A stretch of 63,910 bases of DNA, counting the filler, from Octopus bimaculoides (lineage: Eukaryota), in NCBI RefSeq assembly GCF_001194135.2. It is 6 parts of 6 records of this genome, joined end to end, with 100 filler letters (N's around TTAATTAATTAA, not from the genome) between each part and the next. Parts side by side here need not be neighbours in the genome. Positions count along the whole stretch, not along the records: positions 29,878 to 52,933 come from NC_068985.1; positions 53,034 to 55,501 come from NC_069009.1; positions 55,602 to 60,699 come from NC_068991.1; positions 60,800 to 62,803 come from NW_026327894.1; positions 62,904 to 63,910 come from NW_026392724.1; 1 more part is not named here. One strand, written 5' to 3'. Position 1 is the first letter of the stretch; each line of letters starts with the position of its first letter. The notes under the pieces are model-generated. The model was not told where the DNA came from and did no database searches. It was given only the letters and a program-made list of their open reading frames with translations. The position numbers and the translations under genes are program-made. Shown here one piece after another: positions 51,979-63,910 of this stretch.

Positions 51979-52113
51979 GTCATGTGACCTATGGTCGTTG
52001 TCTCATCGCTTTCTTTTTTGTGACTGGATGGCCTTTCGAGCGGTCGGTGAAATATTTTTTTCCCACGAGAGTTCCGGACCCCAGTAATGAAGTCATTTGC
52101 ATACAGCCAATCA
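51979..52113. promoter_or_regulatory. Possible promoter/enhancer motif cluster
   Basis: GTCATGTGAC (M-box/E-box, 51979-51988), ATTTGCAT octamer (52095-52102) and AGCCAATCA NF-Y box (52105-52113) in non-repeat, GC-richer DNA. Confidence 0.3.
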
Positions 52114-53033
52114 GAGCAGAGTCACCTTTATCTTTTCTTCCTTTCTAGTCGGCACCGTGCATTCCTTACTCTTTCCCTCTCTACTGACAGACAGCACCCT
52201 TTTTGTCACTATCGAAAAAAATATTTCGCTATCACTACAAGTACTATTGACGGGAAAACGAATAAATATGTGTAAATAATATTTCTTCATTCTTGGGGTT
52301 GATCCTTCAGTTGGCACAATATTACAACTAGCCCAAACCGAATTGCTGGAGTTATTTCATTTATTTCCAGAAAAATGTTTTTTAAAAGTTTTAGAGATTT
52401 AAAGTTTGATCATTTTCACCCAGTCAGGAAACAGGATTTGGAAGCTGTCATTTTGTGCGTGACTGCACATTTTGCAGTTAACATCCTCAAAATGCTTACA
52501 TTTTTTATGTTTTCCGTGAATCTTTCACGGGTTCCGCTAGTTATTGTAAACAGATCTATAATTTACTACTAATAATATAATAGTACTCAGCGAAATTTTT
52601 TAGTACTCACACATTTTCGTGACATTTTTTAATTTTTTTTTTTTTTTTTTGCATTGTTTCTGTTTAGTTGCCAGCGTCAGTCTTCTGTTCGAATTGGTTT
52701 CATATTCAGTGTAATGATACACTTTTATAAACTAATTAATGAAGTGAAAGTAATTTTCGCTGTAAATTAATAAATAAAGGGTTACTAGTAATTGAAGTTT
52801 GAAAAGGCCTTAGTCCCGTTTGTTTTCTTCTCTGTCCCTCGTACATCTAATAATTCTCTCGTTTTGGAGTACAATTATTCCATGATTGTATGTTGTCTGT
52901 ATCACATTCTTGTTTGTACATTTTCTGTCGTTTNNNNNNNNNNNNNNNNNNNNNNNNNNNNNNNNNNNNNNNNNNNNTTAATTAATTAANNNNNNNNNNN
53001 NNNNNNNNNNNNNNNNNNNNNNNNNNNNNNNNN

Positions 53034-53950
53034 ATGGGGATGGCTTTCGTTTTCACAAGTCCCTCTTTTGTTTGGAGCTGTAGCACTGTCTGCCATTTGT
53101 TCATTGAGTGCCTTATGTATTTTATAATAATTGGTGCCACCTTGTTTATGGCTAGTGTTTCCAGTATCCACGTGTGGGGCACGCAGTCGAAAGCCTTTTG
53201 GTAGTCCACCCAGGCCATACTGAGGCCTTTGTTCTTTCTGCGGCTGTCTTCAGTTATGGCTTTATTGATCAATAATTGATCTTTTCAGCCGTATGAGCCT
53301 GTTATAGGTCTATAGCTTTGTGGTTTCTCCGTTTCCGTGGATTTGGGAATTAATATGGTTTTCCCTTTCGTGAGCCATTCTGGCATTGCCTCTTGCTCTG
53401 CGAGTATGTTGTTAAAGTTTTCTGCCAGCTTTTTGTGCATTTCTGGCAGATGTATTAACCATAAGTTGGGGATCTTGTTGTGTCCAGGTGCCTTCCAGTT
53501 GCTTAGTATTTGCAGTGTCTGGGTGACCTCCTCAGTTGTTATAGGGGTCCAGGGTTGCTCAGGTGCTAAGATCGTTGTTTTCATGGTCCTTTTCTGGGGT
53601 TGTTGCTTCACCGACCATATTTGTTTCCAGAATTCTTCCAGTTTTTCTGCTGTTGCTGCTGCAGTAAAGTTTATTTTATTTTTACCCAGTTCTTGGTAGA
53701 GTTTTTGGGGTTGGATTTGAACTGCTTGTTTTGTTCAAAGAAACGTTGGCGTTTCTCATACCGGCGGATCCTTTGTGCTTTGGCAAGGATATCTTGCTTT
53801 AGGTTTTCTTTTGCCTCGGGTAAGTCTTTTTCTGTAATGTTGTATTTGTACAGTATTTTTGTTTTCTTCTTGTTACTTAGTTGTGTTGACTGTCTACTAA
53901 TTTCGTTGAGAATCGATAAATCTTTTCTCTTTTTTTTAAATTTTGTTCTG
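53034..53950 (-). mobile_element. R4/Dong-type LINE pre-RT/RT fragment with internal deletion
   Basis: KQDILAKAQRIRRYEKR, NWKAPGHNKIPNLW, YRPIT|GSYG..KDQLLINKAI, and MAWVDYQKAFDCVPHTW; starts directly at a (TAA)n tract. Confidence 0.9.
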
Positions 53951-53970
53951 GATATTATTTATTATTATTA

Positions 53971-54041
<71 letters not shown>

Positions 54042-54044
54042 AGT

Positions 54045-54960
54045 TTGATGTTTAAATTGTATTAGTACCAGTTGACTCCGAGCTTCACCTACAGACATCG
54101 AGACACATAAAGTTAAAATTTCAAGTTGGTGATATGCCTAGGGTGCACATATTTGGTTTTGCACAAAGTAGTTTTCTCGAGAATGTTCAAGGAAACAAGA
54201 AAATGATTATAATTTTCTTTCTAAATTGCAAATTACATACACATTATTTTACGTAGGATATGGGCAGCGCCCACGAGCACTAATTTCCGAGTTTCTGCCA
54301 TGCTTATATTTTCTGCTATCTGAGATAGGTAGCAATAAATCTTAGGGTAACTACGTTTAGCGGCATTGTTTTTGTCTTCAGGTCCCATATTTTGATAATT
54401 TCTATTTCAAGATCTTTATACTTGCTCAGTTCTTGGTAGGTCTTGACTGATACATTTATGTCGATTGGAACATCTATATCAATGAGGAGGAACAATTTTG
54501 GCCTGAGGACTTTCAATATGATGTTAGTCTATTCACATCTATCCTTCGCTCACTTTGAATGGTGAAGTTCCAGAGGTGTGAAATGTGGACAATTTCAAGC
54601 CCAGGAGGTGGTTTGTGTTCCAACCAGATTTTATCGTGAGGCAAGTGCAAGTTTTTTGCAAACTACCCAGTTGATATGCTGTGCTGCTCTATCATACCTG
54701 TTGAGATACTCTGTAGGAGCAAAAGCACTGCAAATGGAGACAACATGATCAATGGTTTCATTTGCTTGTTCAAATACACGACATGTTGCACTACTGCCTT
54801 TCTTCTATATGTTGACCTGGTAGCTCCTTGTAGATAGGCATTCATCTTGGGCTGTATGATTAATCCTCCTTTTCCTGATTTGAAGCCAGAGGACATTAAC
54901 CATTGACACTAACTTCGGCATTTTTTGCTCATTGTGTGTGTTTCGTAGAATGCGACGTTA
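54045..54960 (-). mobile_element. R4/Dong-type LINE 3' ~900 bp (CCHC, RLE, 3' UTR)
   Basis: CRV..QANETIDHVVSIC, LIDIDVPIDINVSVKTYQELSKYKDLEIEI, ..VGAAHILRK; the 3' UTR resembles 31561-31750 and ends in (TAA)n. Confidence 0.85.
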
Positions 54961-55601
54961 CTCTCACAACAAGGGAATCCAGCCATTTCCAGAGGGACAA
55001 GCTGACTCACCTGCACTGAGATCTTAGCTATTTTCATAGGAACTCATATTCATGGTGGTTGTCGGAATCTCTTATATGAAGAGTGACCAAATATCCCCCG
55101 AAAAATGCGATATTGGTAAAGCCGGTACTGAAAATTGCCAGGAAGACGTGACGTGGCAACTTGTACTCCAAAGCTTGCGGTTACTTCTTGGCTACATTTA
55201 TATCTTTGTATTGGATAAGCACTGAGGAGAAAGAAACCATATACACTACGTACTACTATTACTATTATACGAGACTCAGTGCTCTATATCAAATGCTCAC
55301 AGTCAACTGCTACGAACACGAAACGCCAATCACTCACAGATTTTAGATTTATGGTAATAAGTCAGTCCACATCTTTGTCACTGGCGTTAACCTTTCAAAA
55401 CACTTATAAACAATACCAGCCTAGCTTTCTTAGTCATTCTTTTTTTAATTTAAACATTTCCGCACAATGTTAAACAGTGAACATTTTTCGCTAAAAATAT
55501 TNNNNNNNNNNNNNNNNNNNNNNNNNNNNNNNNNNNNNNNNNNNNTTAATTAATTAANNNNNNNNNNNNNNNNNNNNNNNNNNNNNNNNNNNNNNNNNNN
55601 N

Positions 55602-55650
<49 letters not shown>

Positions 55651-55992
55651 CATACATACATTTAAAACGTGTGTGTGCAGACTCCTGGAGTATATAGCCT
55701 ATTCACTTAGGGAGTTGGAGCGGTACGACGTGCCTTTCGGACGGGGTGTTGTAGGTGCTACGATCTACCCCTCTGTGACCCCCCTCTCCCTCTCTCTCTC
55801 TTTCTCATTAGGCCCACACCTGTCATACAGTAATCGTAAAACATGTTCCCTCTAACCAATATCATTGATGCTTGTGGTGTCATTCTTTAAACCCCAGGTA
55901 ACGAAAGCCTAGATTTTTAAAAATTCATACCAATGTACTAAGTCGCTCCAAATGTGCACATCCTGTCTTATTAGTATTTTTACAGTCACCTT

Positions 55993-56037
<45 letters not shown>

Positions 56038-56038
<1 letters not shown>

Positions 56039-56250
56039 GGTGGTGAGCTGGCAGAATCGTTAGCACGCCAGGCAAAAATGCTTGGTGTCATTTTCGTTCG
56101 TCTTTACGTTCTGAGTTCAAATTCCGCCGAGGTCGACTTTACCCTTTCATCCTTTCGAGGTCGATAAATTAAATTACCAGTTGAGTACTGCAGTAGCACC
56201 CAGGCCCCTACCCCCAGGCCTTGTGCCCTGTTGTAGAAAGGATTATTATT
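56038..56250 (+). mobile_element. SINE family B, full length
   Basis: AGGTGGTGAGCTGGCAGAATCGTTAGCACGCC...GTAGAAAGGATTATT. Confidence 0.9.
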
Positions 56251-57103
56251 ATTTCTTTTTTTCCTGTGAGGTGTGGGTGTGCTATTGTGTCGGCAGGGTG
56301 ACCAGCTGTTTATGTCACTTTGGCTGTTATTTTCTAACAGGTCGTGTAACTACGTAGAGGTCCCCGTGACACTTTTGTCGGATTCCGTCACGTGCCCCCA
56401 CATATCTATTTATTATTAATTGGTGTGGGTGTGCCGTAATAGTTTGAACGACGGTTGGGAGTTAGTTTTTTCTTACCGTTTTTTAATTTTATTATTTTTT
56501 AGTGTTTTTTTTGGTGTTGCTATTTAAATTGCTTAAGCCTCAAATCATTCTTTATTATGCATTTTCAAAGGCGTTTCTCCCATGACCATCCTGTTTTTTT
56601 TTTTCCTATACGCAATGGAATCTTGGACTACCGTGTATCCCACACTTGTTCTTTTATAACAACAACAACAACAATAAAAATATTATTGATAATGATAATA
56701 ACTACTATTAATTAATCGTATCGAATTTACATTTCGTCGTTTTTGGAGTTCAAATTCCGCCGATGACGACAATGCCCTCCATCCTTTCGGTGGGGTTCGT
56801 TAAAGTAAGTACCAATTGAGTACTGGAGTCGATGTAATCGACTGACCCCCCACCTCCTCCGAAATGGCTGACTTTGTTCCAAAATTTGAAACCATTGTTA
56901 TTATTATTATTATTTGTTTGTTTGTTTATTTAGGAAGTTAGATGTGTTATCAGAGAGAATTTACAACTGCTATTTCGAGCGACCACGTGGTCGCACTTTT
57001 CATTTCCCCTCTGGTTCGAAGTTCAAATCCTCGTCACTAAGACTTGTTTTTTATCAGTTGTTACGTCTGAGGGTAATCAATAATTTCGATTACAAACACA
57101 CAC

Positions 57104-57131
<28 letters not shown>

Positions 57132-57134
<3 letters not shown>

Positions 57135-57500
57135 GTTTCAAATTTTGCCACAAGGGCAGCAACTTTGGGGGAGGGGATGAATCTTATTTTATCGACTCCT
57201 GAAAGGATGAAAGGCAAAGTCGACCTCGGCAGAATTTGAACTCAGAACGTAGCGACAGGCGAAATACCTATTTCTTTACTGCCCACAAGGGGCTACACAC
57301 AGAGGGGACAAACAAGGACAGACAAACGGATTAAGTCGATTATATCGACCCCAGTACGTAACTGGTACTTAATTTATCGACCCCGAAAGGATGAAAGGCA
57401 AAGTCGACCTCGGCGGAATTTGAACTCAGAACGTAGCGACAGGCGAAATACCGCTAAGCATTTCGCCTGGCGTGCTAACGATTCTGCCAGCTCGCCCGCC
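57132..57500 (-). mobile_element. Composite SINE family B (tailed subfamily joined to a second copy)
   Basis: Same architecture as 27440-27845, with tail module TATTTCTTTACTGCCCACAAGGGGCTACACACAG. Confidence 0.85.
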
Positions 57501-57507
57501 TTATATC

Positions 57508-57539
<32 letters not shown>

Positions 57540-57617
57540 GATTAATTGGTTTGATTCTTTTGCTATGTCGTGGGCCCTTTGCCAAACTAGAGCGTCAGCG
57601 TTGTCGTCCTCATCATT

Positions 57618-57654
<37 letters not shown>

Positions 57655-58014
57655 CTTTTACCACCACCACCACCACCTTGTTGAACCCCACGTCAGGGCC
57701 TGATCGGGTTCACAAACTACTGCTCAAAACCATTCTTTCTGTGACAATCCCTCCGCATTTTTTTATATGTTTGGTAAAATTTTTGTTGTTTTGAAGAACT
57801 GTACCCTCCCCTCCCCCCACCGATCATTCTTCCCCCACCCCACCCATTCTACATTATTTATTGATCTTATTGTTATATAACCTTCGGTCTGCCGTGAGCG
57901 TGTAGGCGACGTATAATCATAAGCGTTCCAGTTGTGTCCACCCCTATCTTTTCATATTTGTTAGGTATATAGTGTGTAACCCTCCCCAACTCCACTACAC
58001 CCATTCTGTCTTCT

Positions 58015-58485
58015 TGATGATGCTGTTTAACCCCATGTAGGAGCCATAATCGAGTAGACGTTCTGTGATCAAAAGCGTTCCAGCTTGTGACCATCCAACG
58101 CCTTTCATATTTTCTCAGAAATAATGTGTACTCCTGATGTTAAGATGTTATGGGGTTGTATGATTTAACTGTTATTTCTAGCAGTCTCATGCTGTTGTTT
58201 AGCTCCGTTTGAGCAGCTGTCAGTACCATCTCGAGTCCTCGTAAGGCCGGTTATCTGGTTTCCATGGCGTTTAAGTGACCCAGATCAAATCCCCACCCCT
58301 GAAGGGGCGCCAGTTCGTTGCAAGGTTACTCTCATTTCTACAGCTGAGTGGACTGGAGCAACGTGAAATAAAGTGTCTTGCTCAAGAACACAACTCACCG
58401 CTCTGTCCGGGAATCGAAACTACGGTCTTGCGATCGTAAGAGCAAACAGCACTCTAACCACACGGCCACGCGCCTTATCTAGCAG
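58015..58485 (-). mobile_element. SINE family C, full length
   Basis: Minus: GGCGCGTGGCCGTGTGGTTAG (A box), GTTTCGATTCCC (B box), CORE-like TGTGTTCTTGAGCAAGACACTT...CAGCTGTAGAAATGAG, tail ending GGGGTTAAACAGCATCATC. Confidence 0.8.
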
Positions 58486-58739
58486 AGAAAGACCTATTAT
58501 AAATCTAATGCGTTCCAGCCATGACATTCCGGTTCTATTTTCATATTTAAAAAATATTTTCCGAAGAATAGTTTATCTTAAGATTATAAAGTCAGCAACT
58601 TGGCCGAGTTGGATAGGATACGCTTTTCGGCGTTCGCTCCGGCTTATCTTGGTTCGAATCCAGTTCAGGTCGACTTTGCCTTTCATCATTTCGAGGGTCA
58701 TAAAAAAAAAGTGCAAGTGTTAGTGTAGCTCTCTCTCTC

Positions 58740-58779
<40 letters not shown>

Positions 58780-59620
58780 NNNNNNNNNNNNNNNNNNNNN
58801 NNNNNNNNNNNNNNNNNNNNNNNNNNNNNNNNNNNNNNNNNNNNNNNNNNNNNNNNNNNNNNNNNNNNNNNNNNNNNNNNNNNNNNNNNNNNNNNNNNNN
58901 NNNNNNNNNNNNNNNNNNNNNNNNNNNNNNNNNNNNNNNNNNNNNNNNNNNNNNNNNNNNNNNNNNNNNNNNNNNNNNNNNNNNNNNNNNNNNNNNNNNN
59001 NNNNNNNNNNNNNNNNNNNNNNNNNNNNNNNNNNNNNNNNNNNNNNNNNNNNNNNNNNNNNNNNNNNNNNNNNNNNNNNNNNNNNNNNNNNNNNNNNNNN
59101 NNNNNNNNNNNNNNNNNNNNNNNNNNNNNNNNNNNNNNNNNNNNNNNNNNNNNNNNNNNNNNNNNNNNNNNNNNNNNNNNNNNNNNNNNNNNNNNNNNNN
59201 NNNNNNNNNNNNNNNNNNNNNNNNNNNNNNNNNNNNNNNNNNNNNNNNNNNNNNNNNNNNNNNNNNNNNNNNNNNNNNNNNNNNNNNNNNNNNNNNNNNN
59301 NNNNNNNNNNNNNNNNNNNNNNNNNNNNNNNNNNNNNNNNNNNNNNNNNNNNNNNNNNNNNNNNNNNNNNNNNNNNNNNNNNNNNNNNNNNNNNNNNNNN
59401 NNNNNNNNNNNNNNNNNNNNNNNNNNNNNNNNNNNNNNNNNNNNNNNNNNNNNNNNNNNNNNNNNNNNNNNNNNNNNNNNNNNNNNNNNNNNNNNNNNNN
59501 NNNNNNNNNNNNNNNNNNNNNNNNNNNNNNNNNNNNNNNNNNNNNNNNNNNNNNNNNNNNNNNNNNNNNNNNNNNNNNNNNNNNNNNNNNNNNNNNNNNN
59601 NNNNNNNNNNNNNNNNNNNN

Positions 59621-59677
<57 letters not shown>

Positions 59678-59967
59678 CGTTGAGAGTTCAATTCTGGTAA
59701 CTGTTCGATCCTGCTCTTCGTCCTGATCGGTATCAATGAGTCTGTACCAGAGTTGTATGTGACATATGTAGGTCGATTCTATCAATTACACTCCCTCCCC
59801 TTGCACCTTACATGCCGCCATACAATTTTATGAATTTGTGGCAATTATTTATAAACATATATACTCAACATATATAACACGTGTGCATGTATTCATATAT
59901 ATGTACAGAGAAATGTATGTATATAATTATATAATGTAATCATGTATGTGTTTGTATGTGTGTGTGT

Positions 59968-60080
59968 GTGTGGCCTAGTGGTTAAGGTGTTGCACTCATG
60001 ATCGTTAGAGTGTGGGTTCCATTCCCGGGCTAATCGATGCGGTTTTTTTTCTTGAGCAAAACACTTCATTTCACGTTGCT
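59968..60080 (+). mobile_element. SINE family C head fragment
   Basis: GTGGCCTAGTGGTTAAGG, GGTTCCATTCCC, TTCTTGAGCAAAACACTT. Confidence 0.65.
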
Positions 60081-60896
60081 GGGCGAGTGGAGTGTGAGAG
60101 TGGCAGAATTGTTAGCGCATCGGCAGAAATGCTTTATGGTATATCTTCCGTCTCTCTCTACATCCTGGTTTCAAATCCAACCTACCTCGGGAATGCAACG
60201 GGAAACCTCTCCCACCCAGTAATTCATCCCAAGTTTAGTCACGGGAGCTGAAGTCCCAGTAATCTACTTAAACGGCAGCAGAGGGAGGGTACGGGCCCAC
60301 CCGGGATCATGTAGGGAGTACTGGAGGAGGTTCACAAGACCTACCGAAGAGCAGACCACCACACACACACACACACACACATATATACAGTTCGATGATG
60401 GATTAGCTGGTCGAAACTTCGAATTCACTGTCAATACTATTTTTGTTAAAGAATGAAGTATTAAGTAATCTTTCAAGTTTAATGTAAATTAAACATAAAC
60501 GTAACATAAAACATAAATATAACCATAACATAAAAATGAGCATTATTATATAATATTGTTACTGTTGTAAAGGTTATTGTTAAGGCGGTAAGCCGGAGAA
60601 AATGTTTAGTGGAATTTTTTCCGGCTCTTTACGTTCTTAGCTTAATCTTGCCGTATATATATATATATATATATATATTGTCTATATATGTATGCATATN
60701 NNNNNNNNNNNNNNNNNNNNNNNNNNNNNNNNNNNNNNNNNNNTTAATTAATTAANNNNNNNNNNNNNNNNNNNNNNNNNNNNNNNNNNNNNNNNNNNNA
60801 TATATATATATATGCATGTATATATATATGCATACATATATGTATATCAGTTAAGATGAAAAGTCATGAAAGCCTCTGCCTGGTACTGCATCAGGG

Positions 60897-60956
<60 letters not shown>

Positions 60957-60957
<1 letters not shown>

Positions 60958-61081
60958 TTATGTTTGACTTTTGTTTTGCATTTGTACAAGTTGGATCCAA
61001 GTCTCACCCAGAGACCTCAAGAGACAACAAGCTAGAAGTTCATGTAGGTGTTATGCTTAGGGTACCATATATTTGGATTTG
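60957..61081 (-). mobile_element. 125-bp R4/Dong 3' UTR insertion between (TTA)n tracts
   Basis: Nearly identical to 31561-31685. Confidence 0.9.
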
Positions 61082-61101
61082 TTATTATTATTATTATTAT
61101 T

Positions 61102-61133
<32 letters not shown>

Positions 61134-61352
61134 ACATACTCTCTTTACACTTTACTCTTTACTCTTGTATATATAAAATTAATATAAACAGTAGTTTGCA
61201 ATGTTTCACTAAAAAGGAGAATTACATATGTCACTAAATGTGACTAGGGTGTTAGTAAACGCCTACATTGCTAGAAATAAAAGCTAAACAACTCTTATGC
61301 TGTAGTTAACGCACGTGAATGAAAACATGTGCAGTAACAGGGGCAATCATCG

Positions 61353-61456
61353 TCCGAAAAGTGGCCGATCGAGTATTCTTAATACTGACGCGTCAGTTTC
61401 GGCTATTTCCCTTGCCTCATCAGTTAAGAATGCTCGATTGTTCAATTCTTTTCGGA
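61353..61456 (-). ncRNA. Apparently intact type I hammerhead ribozyme in an extended hairpin
   Basis: Minus: ATCGAG-C-ATTCTTAA-CTGATGA-GGC-AAGGGAAATA-GCC-GAAA-CTGACGCGTCAG-TA-TTAAGAAT-A-CTCGAT, plus an outer TCCGAAAAG/CTTTTCGGA 9-bp stem. GUA cleavage predicted between 61383 and 61382. Confidence 0.92.
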
Positions 61457-61510
61457 GGTGCTGCGTCAATAGTATTTATATTTTTGTCGTTCAAATTATT
61501 GGATTTGCTA

Positions 61511-61551
<41 letters not shown>

Positions 61552-62361
61552 GCTTTTNNNNNNNNNNNNNNNNNNNNNNNNNNNNNNNNNNNNNNNNNNN
61601 NNNNNNNNNNNNNNNNNNNNNNNNNNNNNNNNNNNNNNNNNNNNNNNNNNNNNNNNNNNNNNNNNNNNNNNNNNNNNNNNNNNNNNNNNNNNNNNNNNNN
61701 NNNNNNNNNNNNNNNNNNNNNNNNNNNNNNNNNNNNNNNNNNNNNNNNNNNNNNNNNNNNNNNNNNNNNNNNNNNNNNNNNNNNNNNNNNNNNNNNNNNN
61801 NNNNNNNNNNNNNNNNNNNNNNNNNNNNNNNNNNNNNNNNNNNNNNNNNNNNNNNNNNNNNNNNNNNNNNNNNNNNNNNNNNNNNNNNNNNNNNNNNNNN
61901 NNNNNNNNNNNNNNNNNNNNNNNNNNNNNNNNNNNNNNNNNNNNNNNNNNNNNNNNNNNNNNNNNNNNNNNNNNNNNNNNNNNNNNNNNNNNNNNNNNNN
62001 NNNNNNNNNNNNNNNNNNNNNNNNNNNNNNNNNNNNNNNNNNNNNNNNNNNNNNNNNNNNNNNNNNNNNNNNNNNNNNNNNNNNNNNNNNNNNNNNNNNN
62101 NNNNNNNNNNNNNNNNNNNNNNNNNNNNNNNNNNNNNNNNNNNNNNNNNNNNNNNNNNNNNNNNNNNNNNNNNNNNNNNNNNNNNNNNNNNNNNNNNNNN
62201 NNNNNNNNNNNNNNNNNNNNNNNNNNNNNNNNNNNNNNNNNNNNNNNNNNNNNNNNNNNNNNNNNNNNNNNNNNNNNNNNNNNNNNNNNNNNNNNNNNNN
62301 NNNNNNNNNNNNNNNNNNNNNNNNNNNNNNNNNNNNNNNNNNNNNNNNNNNNNNNNNNNNN

Positions 62362-62418
<57 letters not shown>

Positions 62419-62949
62419 GTATGTATATATTCTTACCACACAGCTACATCTGCAACCCTAATGATGGGATATTTTGAATTCAACATATATGCAATGTCAT
62501 TGCAAATATATGGATGTCCATCTCACCATTATATAAGAGAGAACTGGAAAAGATTTCTGAGAAATTCCTTATACAATTCGGACAAACGCGCGAAAACAAG
62601 CTTGTGCGCTCATTTAAGTGCATTCTTAACATTGTGTGTATGTATGCACACATTTGTGCATATAATTAAATATGCATATAATGTACGTATATAAGTTTGT
62701 ATAAATACATACATATATACATACTCTACTCATGTATGTGTATGCATATATACATACACATGTGTGTAAATATATATGCATACGTATATGTATATATATA
62801 TATNNNNNNNNNNNNNNNNNNNNNNNNNNNNNNNNNNNNNNNNNNNNTTAATTAATTAANNNNNNNNNNNNNNNNNNNNNNNNNNNNNNNNNNNNNNNNN
62901 NNNTATATGCATACACACGCACGTATATATATGTATGTGTGTTTATGTA

Positions 62950-63150
62950 CGTGTGTGTTTGTCTCCACAACATCGCTTGACAACCGATGTTGATGTGTTT
63001 ACATCGCTGTTCAAGCGGTTCGACAACAGAGACCGATACAATAAGTACTAGCATTAAAAAGATTAAGTCCTGGGGTCGATTTGCTCGAGTAAAGGCGGTG
63101 CTCCAGTATGGCCGCAGTCAAATGACAGAAACAAGTAAAAGAATAAAAGA
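62950..63150 (+). mobile_element. SINE family A 3' half
   Basis: CTTGACAACCGATGTTG...GACCGATACAATAAGTACTAG...GGCGGTGCTCCAGTATGGCCGCAGTC. Confidence 0.85.
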
Positions 63151-63287
63151 ATATATGTGTGTGTTTATGTATCCAAATATATATAGAGAGAAGCATGTAT
63201 ATACATATGCGCACACGATCTCTCTCTCTTTCTCCCACGCACACATATATAGACATATTTATGTTGTATATAAACACACACGCACTC

Positions 63288-63355
<68 letters not shown>

Positions 63356-63866
63356 ATGTATGCATCTATGTATAGATTCGCAAATACACTTACGAAGAAT
63401 AATTTGTATTGAAGAAAATCAGGTCCACTCGAAATTTTACCATCTACGACAACAACAACAACAACAACTGCTACTACTACTACTACTACTACTACTATAA
63501 TATTATCAGCTCCAAAATAAGCGAAAACAAAACAGTAGAATAGAATTAATTTTCGGTGAAGTTACCTTGGAAACAGAAAAACGGTTACCAAGAAAAATAG
63601 AGAAATCTGTATAACTTTTGTCTATTGTATTAGAACAATTTCGTTAAATTAGTAAAGTTGGTTGTTTCAAAGCTGACATCATTTCTAAACTGCATTCATT
63701 GTTGAAAATCTTCAGTTACTTATTGTTTCCATGAAAACGATTTATCTAGAATTACTAACTTCGGAACGGTTATTTTGCAACCATTCTGTTAGTCTTCGTC
63801 TTCTTCAATGTCTACGTGTCTGTCTATCTGTCAGCGTCTATCTGTCAGCCCAACCGTGTACATGTT

Positions 63867-63910
<44 letters not shown>

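Overview
AT-rich, gap-ridden eukaryotic DNA dominated by microsatellites and transposable-element debris. The SINE families and compound (CA)/(TA)/(TACA)/(GATA)/(TAA) microsatellites look like a coleoid cephalopod, probably Octopus (inference from repeat content, not tested). Almost all supplied ORFs are microsatellite or N-run artefacts, and no complete host gene is recognisable; the best candidate is one terminal exon at 35296-35532 (-). Recognisable elements are at least three tRNA-head SINE families (about 25 copies), many R4/Dong-type restriction-like-endonuclease LINE fragments sitting in (TAA)n tracts, and a near-full-length but decayed RTE (BovB-like) LINE at 44690-47780. There are also other RTE, L1/Tx1 and Penelope-like remnants, DD37D, DD41D, DD34D and pogo-like Tc1/mariner remnants, a Helitron-type 3' end and three minisatellites. 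The most striking unexplained signal is seven type I hammerhead-ribozyme motifs read directly from the sequence. They include a tandem pair whose cleavage sites are 201 nt apart (retrozyme/circRNA-like), a ~93%-identical dispersed copy of one member of that pair, and one apparently fully intact ribozyme at 61353-61456 (-). Five TTAATTAATTAA islands inside N runs are assembly linkers, so adjacency across them is not biological evidence. All alignments and folds were done by hand, and TE boundaries are approximate.
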